63,177 nt of DNA from Candidatus Omnitrophota bacterium (lineage in GTDB: Bacteria > Omnitrophota > Gorgyraeia > Zapsychrales > Zapsychraceae): NCBI GenBank assembly GCA_023247445.1, contig JAHFGL010000009.1, positions 1-63,177 of the forward strand, in the 5' to 3' direction. The number at the start of each line of letters is the position of its first letter. Positions within the stretch are counted from its first letter, which is position 1. The notes below the pieces were generated by a model, which was not told where the DNA came from, ran no database searches, and was given only the letters and a program-made list of their open reading frames with translations. A program made the translations under genes and the position numbers. This document shows, in pieces, positions 1 to 9,099 of the stretch.

Positions 1-233
1 TCAAATTGCTTCATAATATTCCCAGAGTCGCAAAGTAGGTCAAATCCCAATGATCGCTCAGTTAAAAGACGCCCGCCACATCGCCCCTCTTCGGGTGGCA
101 AAATAATTGAACCAGTGCAGTCCACAAGAAAAATATTAATTCGCAAGACATCAATAAAGCGTGACAGGATATCCCACCACTTATCCTTATTGATAGTTTT
201 TTGAGCTATTTGTTTTAACTGTTCCTGATTCAT
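1..233 (-). CDS. hypothetical protein, C-terminus cut by window edge (possibly PocR-like sensory domain)
   Basis: ATG at 233-231, 16 nt downstream of the response-regulator stop. Frame stays open for 77 codons to position 1 (MNQEQLKQIAQKTINKDKWWDILSRFIDVLRINIFLVDCTGSII...). Not in the ORF track because no stop lies inside the window. Confidence 0.45.
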   Translation of the reverse strand, partial: MNQEQLKQIAQKTINKDKWWDILSRFIDVLRINIFLVDCTGSIILPPEEGRCGGRLLTERSLGFDLLCDSGNIMKQF

Positions 234-248
234 TGGGCACCAATGATA

Positions 249-1643
249 TTATCGACCATTGTCTGAAATATCATATTTCTTCATTTTATTATAAAGTGTT
301 GTCCTATTAATCCCTAATGCGGCGGCGGCTTTATTACGGTTCCAATTATTATTTTTTAAAACAGAAATAATATGTTCTTTTTCCGGCTGTTCCACAATTC
401 TTTTTAATGTCTTTTCATCTGATACTGGAGTAGCTGACACCGCAGAAAATTTAGCCAGGTTTGGAATATCCCACTTATTAATGATTTCTGTCCTGGCCAT
501 AATAACAGCCCCTTCAATCGCATTTTCTAATTCGCGAATATTCCCCGGCCAATTGTAATCCATAAACATTCGATGAACTTCATCAGCAATACCTTTAATC
601 TTTTTATTATTAATTTGGTTATAAGAATTAATAAAATATTGGACCAATCGCTCAATATCTTCTTTACGCTCTCTTAAGGGCGGCATTTGTATCGCAATAA
701 CATTAATCCGATAATAAAGATCTTCTCGAAATTCTCCTTTTTCAACCAAATCTGTTAATACACGGTTGGTGGCAACAATGATTCTCGCCTCAGCTTTTCG
801 CGTCACATTGTCTCCCACACATTCATAAACACCATCTTGAAGAACACGTAACAACTTAACCTGGAGCCCTGGAGAAAAGGCATCAATTTCATCCAAGAAA
901 ATTGACCCTCCCTTGGCATATTCAAATCTGCCTTCCTTATCTTTAATGGCTCCTGTAAAAGCGCCCTTCACATGACCAAACAACTCACTTTCCAAAAGAG
1001 TTTCTGATAGCGCACCGCAGCTAATCTCAACAAAAGGCTTATCTTTTCTATTCTTATCACACTCATGAATCGCACGCGCCACCAAACCCTTCCCCGTTCC
1101 GCTTTCTCCTGTAATCAGAATAGTGGCATTGGTACTCGCAACAGAGTCAATGATATGATAAACACTCTGCATTTTTGTACTTGCGCCGATCATTTTGCCA
1201 AATGAACTACGCCTTTCTTTAGCAATGATTTCTTTTAATGATTCATTTTCCTCGATTATTCTGTTTCGCTCAACAATTTTAGCAATGATAAATTTTATTT
1301 CGTTATCATTGATTGGTTTTGTCACATAATCGAAAGCTCCGTTTTTCATCGCTTCAACAGCTGTTTCAATTGAGCCATAACCAGTGATTACAATAATCTC
1401 TGTTTCTTTAGAATCTTTCTTAATTTTTGTCAATAACTCTATCCCATTCATTTTGGGAAGCTTTAAGTCAGTGAGCACAATATCAATCTTATTGTTCTTC
1501 ACAATTTCCGTAGCTTCTTCTCCGCTACTAGCCATTTGCACGCGATAGCCCTCAATGCGTAAAATTTCATAGAGAGACTGACGAATAAGTGGTTCGTCAT
1601 CGACAATTAAAATTTGAAATTTTTTTCGCTCGCCCTTAACCAT
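249..1643 (-). CDS. sigma-54-dependent response regulator (NtrC family; PrsR-like by context)
   Basis: Receiver domain (ILIVDDEP...VLTDLKLPKMNG). AAA+ sigma-54 interaction module with Walker A GESGTGKG and GAFTGA loop. C-terminal Fis-type HTH (AAAALGINRTTLYNKMKKY). Confidence 0.93.
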   Translation of the reverse strand: MVKGERKKFQILIVDDEPLIRQSLYEILRIEGYRVQMASSGEEATEIVKNNKIDIVLTDLKLPKMNGIELLTKIKKDSKETEIIVITGYGSIETAVEAMKNGAFDYVTKPINDNEIKFIIAKIVERNRIIEENESLKEIIAKERRSSFGKMIGASTKMQSVYHIIDSVASTNATILITGESGTGKGLVARAIHECDKNRKDKPFVEISCGALSETLLESELFGHVKGAFTGAIKDKEGRFEYAKGGSIFLDEIDAFSPGLQVKLLRVLQDGVYECVGDNVTRKAEARIIVATNRVLTDLVEKGEFREDLYYRINVIAIQMPPLRERKEDIERLVQYFINSYNQINNKKIKGIADEVHRMFMDYNWPGNIRELENAIEGAVIMARTEIINKWDIPNLAKFSAVSATPVSDEKTLKRIVEQPEKEHIISVLKNNNWNRNKAAAALGINRTTLYNKMKKYDISDNGR

Positions 1644-1645
1644 AA

Positions 1646-2938
1646 TTATCTTTCAACCGGGATTCTAATAGTAAATGTTGATCCCTTACCCAGATGGCTT
1701 TCTAAATCAATTTTGCCATCATAGCTCTTAATAACCTCACCAACAATCGTTAAACCCAAACCACACCCCTTATCCATATCTTTAGTTGTAAAAAATGGTT
1801 CAAAAATCTTATCCACCAATTCGGGAGGAATTCCAACACCTGTATCACTAACAACAATGGTTAACATTGGGCTTTCATAACCAGCTTTAATGGTCAGCTC
1901 CCCACCCTCTCCCATCGAATCGATCGCATTTCGGATAATATTCGTCAGAATCCGCTCCAGCCCTAAGTCACGGATGGAGGGAATATTGTCATCAATAATT
2001 TTCTTAACATGGATATTCTTATAACTTAAATCTGTTTTAACACTGCCCAAAGAATGTTCTAACGATTGTTTAAAATAAACTTTTTCTTTATTTAACGCCT
2101 CGTTACGGGAACAGGCTAAGAGATTCTTAACAATATTGGCCATACGGTTGAGCCCGTGTTTGATCTCCAACAAATATCCTCGGATAACATCATCATCTTT
2201 CGTTAACTCAACACATAAATTCGTATACCGCATGACACCATCTAATGGATTGTTAAACTCATGGGCGATCCCACCAGCAAGCTTCCCAATCGTAGCTAAT
2301 TTTTCTTGAATAATAATTCTTTTTTTAAGATGCTCAGCCTCTTGATCACTTTGGCCTAATTTATCTTTAAGGCCTTGTGTTTCTTTAACAATTTTCTTAA
2401 ATTTCTGATAAAGCTGAATACGTCTATAATTTAGGGCAATTTGAGTTGATAAGAAATCAAGCAATTGCATCTCATCTTTATTAAATTTATGCCCAGATTC
2501 TTTGTCTGTAATATTAATAACGCCAATTAATTTATCTTTGATAAGAAGCGGGGCACAAATAAACGAAGATGTTCGGTAGCTTTTCCGTGATTTGAGATTT
2601 CCAAAACGACCATCCTTAGAAATATCTTCAACGACAATGGGTTTTTTTAGTTGCGCGACTTGACCAACAATGCCGTGTCCCATGCGCTTGACCATGCTTG
2701 CTTCTTCTTGTGGTCCCATGCCGCGGGCAATACGCAGGGTTAGATTCTGTTCATCATCATCTAGGATAAAGATGGAGCCTCGGGTGGCTTCAAACAAATC
2801 CATGGTTTCCTTAAGCGAGACTTCCAGCAAATCCTCTAAACCAATGGTTATATTAACAGCTGAACAGATGTCACTAATTTTCTGAAAAAAAACGCTTTGG
2901 GATAATTCTCCAACGGATGACTTACTTTTGAGATTCAT
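1646..2938 (-). CDS. GAF-domain sensor histidine kinase, apparently soluble
   Basis: GAF-like N-terminal half. H-box [11 protein letters not shown]. HATPase_c motifs (RNAIDSM, DTGVGI, GCGLGL). No obvious TM helix. Adjacent to the response regulator (2-nt gap). Confidence 0.9.
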   Translation of the reverse strand: MNLKSKSSVGELSQSVFFQKISDICSAVNITIGLEDLLEVSLKETMDLFEATRGSIFILDDDEQNLTLRIARGMGPQEEASMVKRMGHGIVGQVAQLKKPIVVEDISKDGRFGNLKSRKSYRTSSFICAPLLIKDKLIGVINITDKESGHKFNKDEMQLLDFLSTQIALNYRRIQLYQKFKKIVKETQGLKDKLGQSDQEAEHLKKRIIIQEKLATIGKLAGGIAHEFNNPLDGVMRYTNLCVELTKDDDVIRGYLLEIKHGLNRMANIVKNLLACSRNEALNKEKVYFKQSLEHSLGSVKTDLSYKNIHVKKIIDDNIPSIRDLGLERILTNIIRNAIDSMGEGGELTIKAGYESPMLTIVVSDTGVGIPPELVDKIFEPFFTTKDMDKGCGLGLTIVGEVIKSYDGKIDLESHLGKGSTFTIRIPVER

Positions 2939-3824
2939 TCTCGTTTTTCGTCGCTTCGTCCACGTTCTGCTTCTTTAATTCTTTAATTTTTTCGATAACC
3001 TCTGTTAACGGTTCATTAAATGGGTGGTCTGGATAAGTTTTTATAAATTTTTCATAAATAGAAATGGGCAAATCAAAATTTCCCATATTCTTAATTGATA
3101 CCGTATTAATGGCCTTTACAATATTTCCCGTGTTACGGGGATCAGGATATTTAATAAGCAAATCTCCAAAAGTATTAACCGCATCAGACCAACGCTTTTT
3201 GGCCATATAGCAAGTAGCTAAAAGTCTCAAAGAATTATATTCCACTAAAGATTTTGGGTATTGATTGATCATTTTTCGATAATAGTCAATGGCGCTGGCG
3301 AGGGCAACCTTGGCTTGTTCCGTATTCTTTTGATCCATATGGAATTTAGCAATCAAAATAGGGACATGAAGACCCAACCCAGATAAAGGATAATCTTGTT
3401 CGATCCTATGATAGGTTTTTAAAATATTAACGGGATCTTTCTCTAAGGTATAACTGCGTACAATTTCAGATAATGCTTCTAGCCCGACGGGATTTTCCTT
3501 AGAATAATTATTAACAATCGACTCAAATTTTTCTCTGGCTCCCTTATAATCTTCTCGAACCATAGAAATGCGTCCCAAAAATAAGTGGGCAAGAGGAACC
3601 AACTGTGAATTTGGGAACCGCTCAATGAATCGTTTATATTCATCGGTTACCTGCTTATAAGTCGCTGGGGGGGCTGCTTTTGGATCAGCAATGATAGTTT
3701 TAAATTGTTGATTAATTTTCCACATCGCCTTTTCAGCAGGATATTCTCCATTAATATCAAGAAAAGATAAAATAGCGAAAACACTGATCAATATTACTAT
3801 GTAAGCATAAATAATTTTTTTCAT
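2922..3824 (-). CDS. TPR-repeat protein with N-terminal signal anchor
   Basis: N-terminal hydrophobic helix followed by repeated TPR-like A/Y/L-spaced helices. ATGA overlap with the upstream gene and overlap with the kinase gene indicate an operon. Confidence 0.6.
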   Translation of the reverse strand: MKKIIYAYIVILISVFAILSFLDINGEYPAEKAMWKINQQFKTIIADPKAAPPATYKQVTDEYKRFIERFPNSQLVPLAHLFLGRISMVREDYKGAREKFESIVNNYSKENPVGLEALSEIVRSYTLEKDPVNILKTYHRIEQDYPLSGLGLHVPILIAKFHMDQKNTEQAKVALASAIDYYRKMINQYPKSLVEYNSLRLLATCYMAKKRWSDAVNTFGDLLIKYPDPRNTGNIVKAINTVSIKNMGNFDLPISIYEKFIKTYPDHPFNEPLTEVIEKIKELKKQNVDEATKNENESQK

Positions 3825-4696
3825 TTACGTTCCCTAACTGAAAGATAATACGTGGCCAAAGAAGCATAGATGATAGCATCCACAAAGACGATTACAAAAA
3901 TGCTTAAAACAAGAACTAAAACTTTTAATTCAGGCAACAAGCTCTCTAAGTTAAGACTATTACGCAACAAAAGCACTGGCACATATAAAAGCGTTGGGAC
4001 AAAAGCTATCCAAAATGAGAACCAAAATGAACCCTTGAGAATTTTGAAACTTTGAATAATAGCAGTAAAAACCTTCTTTTTTTCAATGACAATAATAGGA
4101 ACAACATAGGCAAAAAGGGCGGTGACAAAGACACTGAAAATAAGATTACAATAAGGTGCCCCTCCGATAACAAGTGTCTTGATGACAAAGAAAATCCCTG
4201 TGGTTGATTGGATCTTCATAGCACGATTTAAAAACAATCCATAAAATTTAAAAAACAACATAACAACTAAAAATGAAAGTATAGCAGCTAAGGCAATGTG
4301 GACATACGAAGAAATGGTTTCCCTAAAAATAGACTTGGTCTGATCTTTTTTATCACTGACAATAGCGTACAACTTAGCAATAGATAATGCGATACAAAAA
4401 CTATTGATAAGAATATAAATACCCATTTCGGCATATTGAAAAAGTTTTGGCAACAAGATAAAATTAAGGGGGTAATGCAGGTATGCCTCTGACCAAAGCG
4501 TACGAATAATCGGTGCAAAAAAGATATTAAGTGGATATCGGGGAGCAAAATAAAGGATCTCTAATGACAAAAGTTGAATAAAGATAACAAAGGTAAATGG
4601 AAACAAAATTTCCTTATGGCTCATAAGGGTGTTAACAGCTGCCCTAATTGTCCCAATTACTCTTCGCTTAGGTTTTTGATCTTCTATATTATCCAT
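3821..4696 (-). CDS. polytopic membrane protein, unknown function
   Basis: 291 aa with at least 6 hydrophobic helices. No recognisable catalytic motif. ATG start; first gene after the 4.8 kb terminator. Confidence 0.55.
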   Translation of the reverse strand: MDNIEDQKPKRRVIGTIRAAVNTLMSHKEILFPFTFVIFIQLLSLEILYFAPRYPLNIFFAPIIRTLWSEAYLHYPLNFILLPKLFQYAEMGIYILINSFCIALSIAKLYAIVSDKKDQTKSIFRETISSYVHIALAAILSFLVVMLFFKFYGLFLNRAMKIQSTTGIFFVIKTLVIGGAPYCNLIFSVFVTALFAYVVPIIVIEKKKVFTAIIQSFKILKGSFWFSFWIAFVPTLLYVPVLLLRNSLNLESLLPELKVLVLVLSIFVIVFVDAIIYASLATYYLSVRERK

Positions 4697-4830
4697 ACCT
4701 TGTATCCTTGCAAATTTATCGCAACTCTTTATCTACGAGCAAATTAAGTAAGCGATGATACCATGACGAATTTAACGTGTCAACATAAAGGCCTAAAATT
4801 AAATATATTATTGCATCAAAATATCTTACA

Positions 4831-4876
4831 AAAAAATAGGGCAAAGTTTTTTAAAAACCCTTGCCCTATTTTTTCT
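4831..4876 (-). terminator. rho-independent terminator (bidirectional shape) after the PEP-CTERM gene pair
   Basis: ATAGGGCAA (4836-4844) pairs with TTGCCCTAT (4861-4869). A-run upstream and T-run downstream, so a U-tract follows the hairpin on either strand. Confidence 0.6.
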
Positions 4877-5004
4877 GCAACTCATTTTTTGGCTTCTCTA
4901 TATATATTTACAGATCGAAAAAATTTAATTTTTCTCAGATCTGAATTGCTTCAATATTATCTCCCCCTTTATAATTGCCGGGGTTACTACAAAAAACAAT
5001 GTGC

Positions 5005-5715
5005 TTATTTCTTCTTGTTACGGATAAATCCTAATAAACCACTTCCCACTCCAAATAAAATCATGCTGGCTGGTTCAGGAACAGGTGAAGCAGCTGGAAC
5101 ATCGGGAATAGGATTTGCACTTCTAAAAATGACATAATTACCATCGCTGCTTGAGTTAATGTCAAAAGTATCGTGCCAAATAAAATTTGCACTTGGATCG
5201 ATTCCAGAAATGCTACCCCAGGTCGATAATGCATTCGCATCAGCTCCAGGAATACTCCATGTTGCTCCAGAAATATCAGCAGCAACGGTTCCTAGGGAAG
5301 GAACGGCTCCTGATGGGCCTGGGTTAGGATTCGTTGAAACATAATATAACCAATCCACGGAATTAGTATGGATAACCGATGCGTCTGGAAGTATAAAGTC
5401 TCCAATGATCATTTGTTGCTGTTCATCATCCCAAGCTAAAAGGTAAAGATAATTTCCACCCGGTGCATCAAAAATATAACTTTCGGGTTCTTCCCAATTT
5501 AGGGTTCCCGGAGTCGATCCAGGAGTTCCAACTTCATTACGGCCAATAAAGGTCAGCCCGGTTCCATCAAGCGCCCCATAATAAAGGCCATAATGGTTGT
5601 CGGCTGTTAATGTGGCAGTAACAGAGGCTTCTGCTTTTTGAGAGCCATAGCTCATCACTACCGCAGCCAACGCTAAAATTGTTAAAATTGTTTTTTTCAC
5701 TTTTTCTCCTCCCAT
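5005..5715 (-). CDS. PEP-CTERM sorting-domain secreted protein
   Basis: Signal peptide, and C-terminus VPEPASMILFGVGSGLLGFIRNKKK (PEP + TM helix + basic tail). A GTG at 5700 preceded by GGAGGAG is a plausible alternative start. Confidence 0.85.
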   Translation of the reverse strand: MGGEKVKKTILTILALAAVVMSYGSQKAEASVTATLTADNHYGLYYGALDGTGLTFIGRNEVGTPGSTPGTLNWEEPESYIFDAPGGNYLYLLAWDDEQQQMIIGDFILPDASVIHTNSVDWLYYVSTNPNPGPSGAVPSLGTVAADISGATWSIPGADANALSTWGSISGIDPSANFIWHDTFDINSSSDGNYVIFRSANPIPDVPAASPVPEPASMILFGVGSGLLGFIRNKKK

Positions 5716-5735
5716 TATTATTAAAAAATTACGTT

Positions 5736-6431
5736 TTATTTCTTTTTTCGAATACCTAAAACCCCTAATAAACCGCTTCCTAGAAGCATCATTGAAGCTG
5801 GTTCAGGAACAGCACCAGCATTAGCACCAAGATTGCCATCTATCAAAATATTATCCACACGTCCTTCATCACCATTACCGTCATTTAGCCAAAAAGCAAT
5901 CCAAATACTTGATTGTCCACCAGGTAACGTTAAAGTTTGGTTGGTAAAACTTCCGGCCGTTCCTAAAGCAAAGCCTGTCCAATTAGTAAAATTAGCTGGA
6001 TCAACTGGGGATGTTAAATCAATCGTTCGAAAAGCATCAAAACCACTGATCGTACCTACAAAATAGCCGTAAGTAAATGTATCCCCTGATTCTGTCCCAT
6101 TAGTTCTCCAATCGAAACTTAATAATGCATCGACATAGCCGACCGTGCTGATGTTATATAGAATTCCGGCATCATCTTCAAAGCTAGCATATTGATCGGT
6201 AGAAGAACCTTGACTTTGCACATTAATATCGGCAGATGTTGCTCCAGCACCTGTTTGAAATCGAGCGCCAAACCAATCATTATCTGCACCATTGGTAATA
6301 GTTGGAACTCCAACCGTAGTCCCGCTTCCCGTATTAAAATCTTCCTGCAGTAAAATAACAGCTTCTGCTTTCGTATTAAGCATCAGAACAACTGTTAAAA
6401 TTCCAACAACTGTAAGTAATTTTTTCATCAT
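5736..6431 (-). CDS. PEP-CTERM sorting-domain secreted protein
   Basis: Signal peptide MMKKLLTVVGILTVVLMLNTKAEA. C-terminus VPEPASMMLLGSGLLGVLGIRKKK. Confidence 0.85.
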   Translation of the reverse strand: MMKKLLTVVGILTVVLMLNTKAEAVILLQEDFNTGSGTTVGVPTITNGADNDWFGARFQTGAGATSADINVQSQGSSTDQYASFEDDAGILYNISTVGYVDALLSFDWRTNGTESGDTFTYGYFVGTISGFDAFRTIDLTSPVDPANFTNWTGFALGTAGSFTNQTLTLPGGQSSIWIAFWLNDGNGDEGRVDNILIDGNLGANAGAVPEPASMMLLGSGLLGVLGIRKKK

Positions 6432-6432
6432 T

Positions 6433-7278
6433 TTACCTAGCTCCCTCTCCCGTTAATATTACTCTTATTGTTCTTAATGTAATATTTATATCAGACCACA
6501 AACACATCTTCTTTATATAGAGAAGATCGTATTTGAGTTTCTTTTTGACATCTTCAATGGTTTCATCATAACGGTGCCAAACTTGAGCTAAACCTGTGAT
6601 ACCTGGCTTTATAGATAATCTTTCTTCATATCCTGGAATAGCTTCTTTAAATTGGGTAACAAATACTGGTCTTTCAGGGCGTGGGCCAATTAGACTCATA
6701 TCACCTTTAAATACATTGATTATTTGTGGAAGTTCGTCAATATGGGCTTTTCTTAAAAACCCACCAATGGAGGTCAAACGATTATCGTTAGCAGCCGCCC
6801 AAACAGGACCAGTCTCTTTTTCAGCATCAATTTTCATCGTACGAAACTTATAAATCTCAAAATGTTTTCCATCTTTCCCAACACGTGTTTGAGAGTAAAG
6901 AATCGGCCCTTTTGAGGTTAACTTGACTAATAAAGCCGTTAATAAAATTACGGGAGAAGCAATAATACATAAAACAACAGAACTAATCATATCCAAAATT
7001 CGTTTAGTTACTGCATAGGTCTTTCGTACAAAGCTTATAACCATCCCGAAAAGTCCACTACCAAAAAGGGCCATGGTTGTGGGTTCTGGAGCTCTGGCTT
7101 TAGACTTGTGATCTATTTCAGACGGAATGTCTGATTTTTTTGCTAATTCAACCTGATGATTGGCATCTTCTGGCTTTACAAAGGAAACCGTAGCCCAAGC
7201 AGCACCAGTTAATCCACCAATTAGGATAGATACCATAATAATAAAGGCAATTTTGGTTTTAAAATTTTCTAGCTTCAT
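6433..7278 (-). CDS. polyprenyl-phosphate sugar phosphotransferase (bacterial sugar transferase, WbaP/EpsB type) with an internal PEP-CTERM-like segment
   Basis: Catalytic core PILYSQTRVGKDGKHFEIYKFRTM...DELPQ...GDMSLIGPRPERP. The track ORF begins at a TTG (7452). The ATG at 7278 is preferred because a sigma-54 promoter lies at 7324-7339 inside the extension. No clear SD precedes 7278. Confidence 0.85.
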   Translation of the reverse strand: MKLENFKTKIAFIIMVSILIGGLTGAAWATVSFVKPEDANHQVELAKKSDIPSEIDHKSKARAPEPTTMALFGSGLFGMVISFVRKTYAVTKRILDMISSVVLCIIASPVILLTALLVKLTSKGPILYSQTRVGKDGKHFEIYKFRTMKIDAEKETGPVWAAANDNRLTSIGGFLRKAHIDELPQIINVFKGDMSLIGPRPERPVFVTQFKEAIPGYEERLSIKPGITGLAQVWHRYDETIEDVKKKLKYDLLYIKKMCLWSDINITLRTIRVILTGEGAR

Positions 7279-7323
7279 AAAATTAGATTGTTTGATTTTG
7301 TTGTAAAGCACATTGAATTTAAT

Positions 7324-7339
7324 AGCAAGATGCGTACCA
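7324..7339 (-). promoter_or_regulatory. sigma-54 (-24/-12) promoter
   Basis: Minus strand reads TGGTAC-GCATC-TTGCT against consensus TGGCAC-N5-TTGCW, with the correct 10-nt GG-to-GC spacing. It lies about 45 nt upstream of the ATG at 7278. Confidence 0.6.
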
Positions 7340-7559
7340 ACTTGTGCCAATAAAAAATATTTTTCTATAAAACCATAACATGTTGAAATTAATATGGTTA
7401 AATGATTATAAAATTTAAAATACATAGGACATACTAGGACAAAACTGTACAACCTATGACAACCCCACCCTAAACCCTGTTGATATTTGTAAACATGTTG
7501 TTGCTATCAATGAACATATATAATCATTATTATATACTGTTAATCTTTTAGAAAATTTC

Positions 7560-8216
7560 TCAGGGAAGATATTTAGAAAGATACGGCAAGATAACCGCAG
7601 AAAACTCCTGAAGCTCCTTCTCTGTTGCCTTTTGATCTTGATTACTAATAGAAGCTGAAACGCGAATCAAAGCACTACTAGACGGCTTTCCAAGCAATGA
7701 TTTAAAGGCAATTAAAATCTGCTGCTTCCAGTAGTTTGGTGTAAACGAATCCCCCACCTTAAACCAATAAAAAGCTAGCTGCCGAAAATTATCCTTTTCT
7801 AAAAGCAAACTATCTACATCAATCGACTGCACCGGAGCGGATGGCTCAAGAGATACTGGCCCTTGAATCTGACTAGGCTTTTTAGTCAGAAGCGTCATAC
7901 CTGACCCGGTATAACAAATTTCCGGTGGATGGGAAACTTTTCTATTACTTTGTGAGTAAACAATAAACAAATAGACTTCCTTGCCTGATGGCGTTGAATA
8001 TTTCCGCGTAAAGGCGTTTTTGGTCTCAAGGATCGCATACTCAACACTTGTTAAAGGGATCTCTTTGGAGCTCCATTCTCCGATCGTCGTTGGGAATTTA
8101 TGAATACTAACGGTATCCTGCTGTGAATACATTTTAAAATAAAAATTCCACGACACCGCGCAGGCCAAGAGCAGTAACGCCAAAATAATAAAGAATTTTT
8201 GTTGATCTTTTTTCAT
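7560..8216 (-). CDS. epsI: EpsI-family exosortase-associated protein
   Basis: About 218 aa with a single N-terminal TM helix. ATGA overlap directly downstream of the exosortase gene, which is the typical EpsI size and position. Confidence 0.7.
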   Translation of the reverse strand: MKKDQQKFFIILALLLLACAVSWNFYFKMYSQQDTVSIHKFPTTIGEWSSKEIPLTSVEYAILETKNAFTRKYSTPSGKEVYLFIVYSQSNRKVSHPPEICYTGSGMTLLTKKPSQIQGPVSLEPSAPVQSIDVDSLLLEKDNFRQLAFYWFKVGDSFTPNYWKQQILIAFKSLLGKPSSSALIRVSASISNQDQKATEKELQEFSAVILPYLSKYLP

Positions 8217-9058
8217 TCGAGTAATTTTGCAACCGCAAATAGTAAAATAAAGGCTAAGCCAAAAACCATAAATCCAGAAAAATCGTGAACAAGTCCAGTG
8301 GCGTATTGAGATCCCCAGACCTCACTAATAAATGATAAAAACATAATACGGCAGACATTGGTAATAATCGCAATAGGAATCGTCGACAGAAAAAGTAAAG
8401 TACGTTTAAACATTGGCCCCTTCATCCAAAAGGCAAAAATGCTTCCTAGAGCTGTTAAAGAAATTAAAGACCGCAAACCGCTGCAGACGTCTTCGACAAC
8501 AACTTGGGAATGAAGCATTTTAATGACACTGCCCTCACGGATAGCGGGAATGCGCATGTGATTCAACAAAAACGTCGCAATTTGGGCGGCTAATAACTTT
8601 AATGTAAAACTGATGTTGGTAATAACAACCATCGGCAAGGGGAGCATAAAAAATAGAAACGCGATTGGAAATGCAATTTTCTTCAGTATCGCTTCACCAT
8701 AAAAATACAAAATGAGCCCCACAAAAACAATCATCATCGAGAATGCGGAAGAAAAATAAATACGAAAGAAAGAACTAAGCAAATAAAGTAACACACCGGC
8801 AATAATCCAGCGCATGCCCCAGACGGATTCTTGCGGTTTTATCTTAGCCAACTCATCTTTCATCTGCCAAATTAAATATCCCGTGACGAAAGGAATTAAA
8901 ATGCCGTGGCTATAATACGAATCGCGCGCAAACCAGCGATCCCACATCCATAGAAAGGTCGGCAAATAGGCCAAAAGAAAAACAATCGCAACAATTATTT
9001 GCTGAGAATATTGTTTCCAAATTTCGGCTGGTAAAATTTTTGTTGGATTAGAAGTCAT
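8213..9058 (-). CDS. exosortase (EpsH/Xrt family)
   Basis: About 8 TM helices. Conserved catalytic-type motifs EDVCSGLRSL (Cys and Arg), NVCRI and a late His (VHDFSGF). PEP-CTERM substrates are adjacent. Confidence 0.85.
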   Translation of the reverse strand: MTSNPTKILPAEIWKQYSQQIIVAIVFLLAYLPTFLWMWDRWFARDSYYSHGILIPFVTGYLIWQMKDELAKIKPQESVWGMRWIIAGVLLYLLSSFFRIYFSSAFSMMIVFVGLILYFYGEAILKKIAFPIAFLFFMLPLPMVVITNISFTLKLLAAQIATFLLNHMRIPAIREGSVIKMLHSQVVVEDVCSGLRSLISLTALGSIFAFWMKGPMFKRTLLFLSTIPIAIITNVCRIMFLSFISEVWGSQYATGLVHDFSGFMVFGLAFILLFAVAKLLE

Positions 9059-9099
9059 AATTGCCCTCTACAATAACATATTTTTTCTAATTTTGCCAA

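Noticed and set aside
4763-5137. 124-aa plus-strand ORF
   Set aside because: It runs through the terminator hairpin and antisense into the 3' end of the PEP-CTERM gene. The sequence is low-complexity with no RBS or motif.
6433-7452. Long form of the sugar transferase ORF (339 aa) given in the ORF track
   Set aside because: It starts at a TTG, and the extra 58 residues are AT-rich with no motif. The segment contains a strong sigma-54 promoter and GGACA repeats. The shorter ATG form (7278) is preferred.
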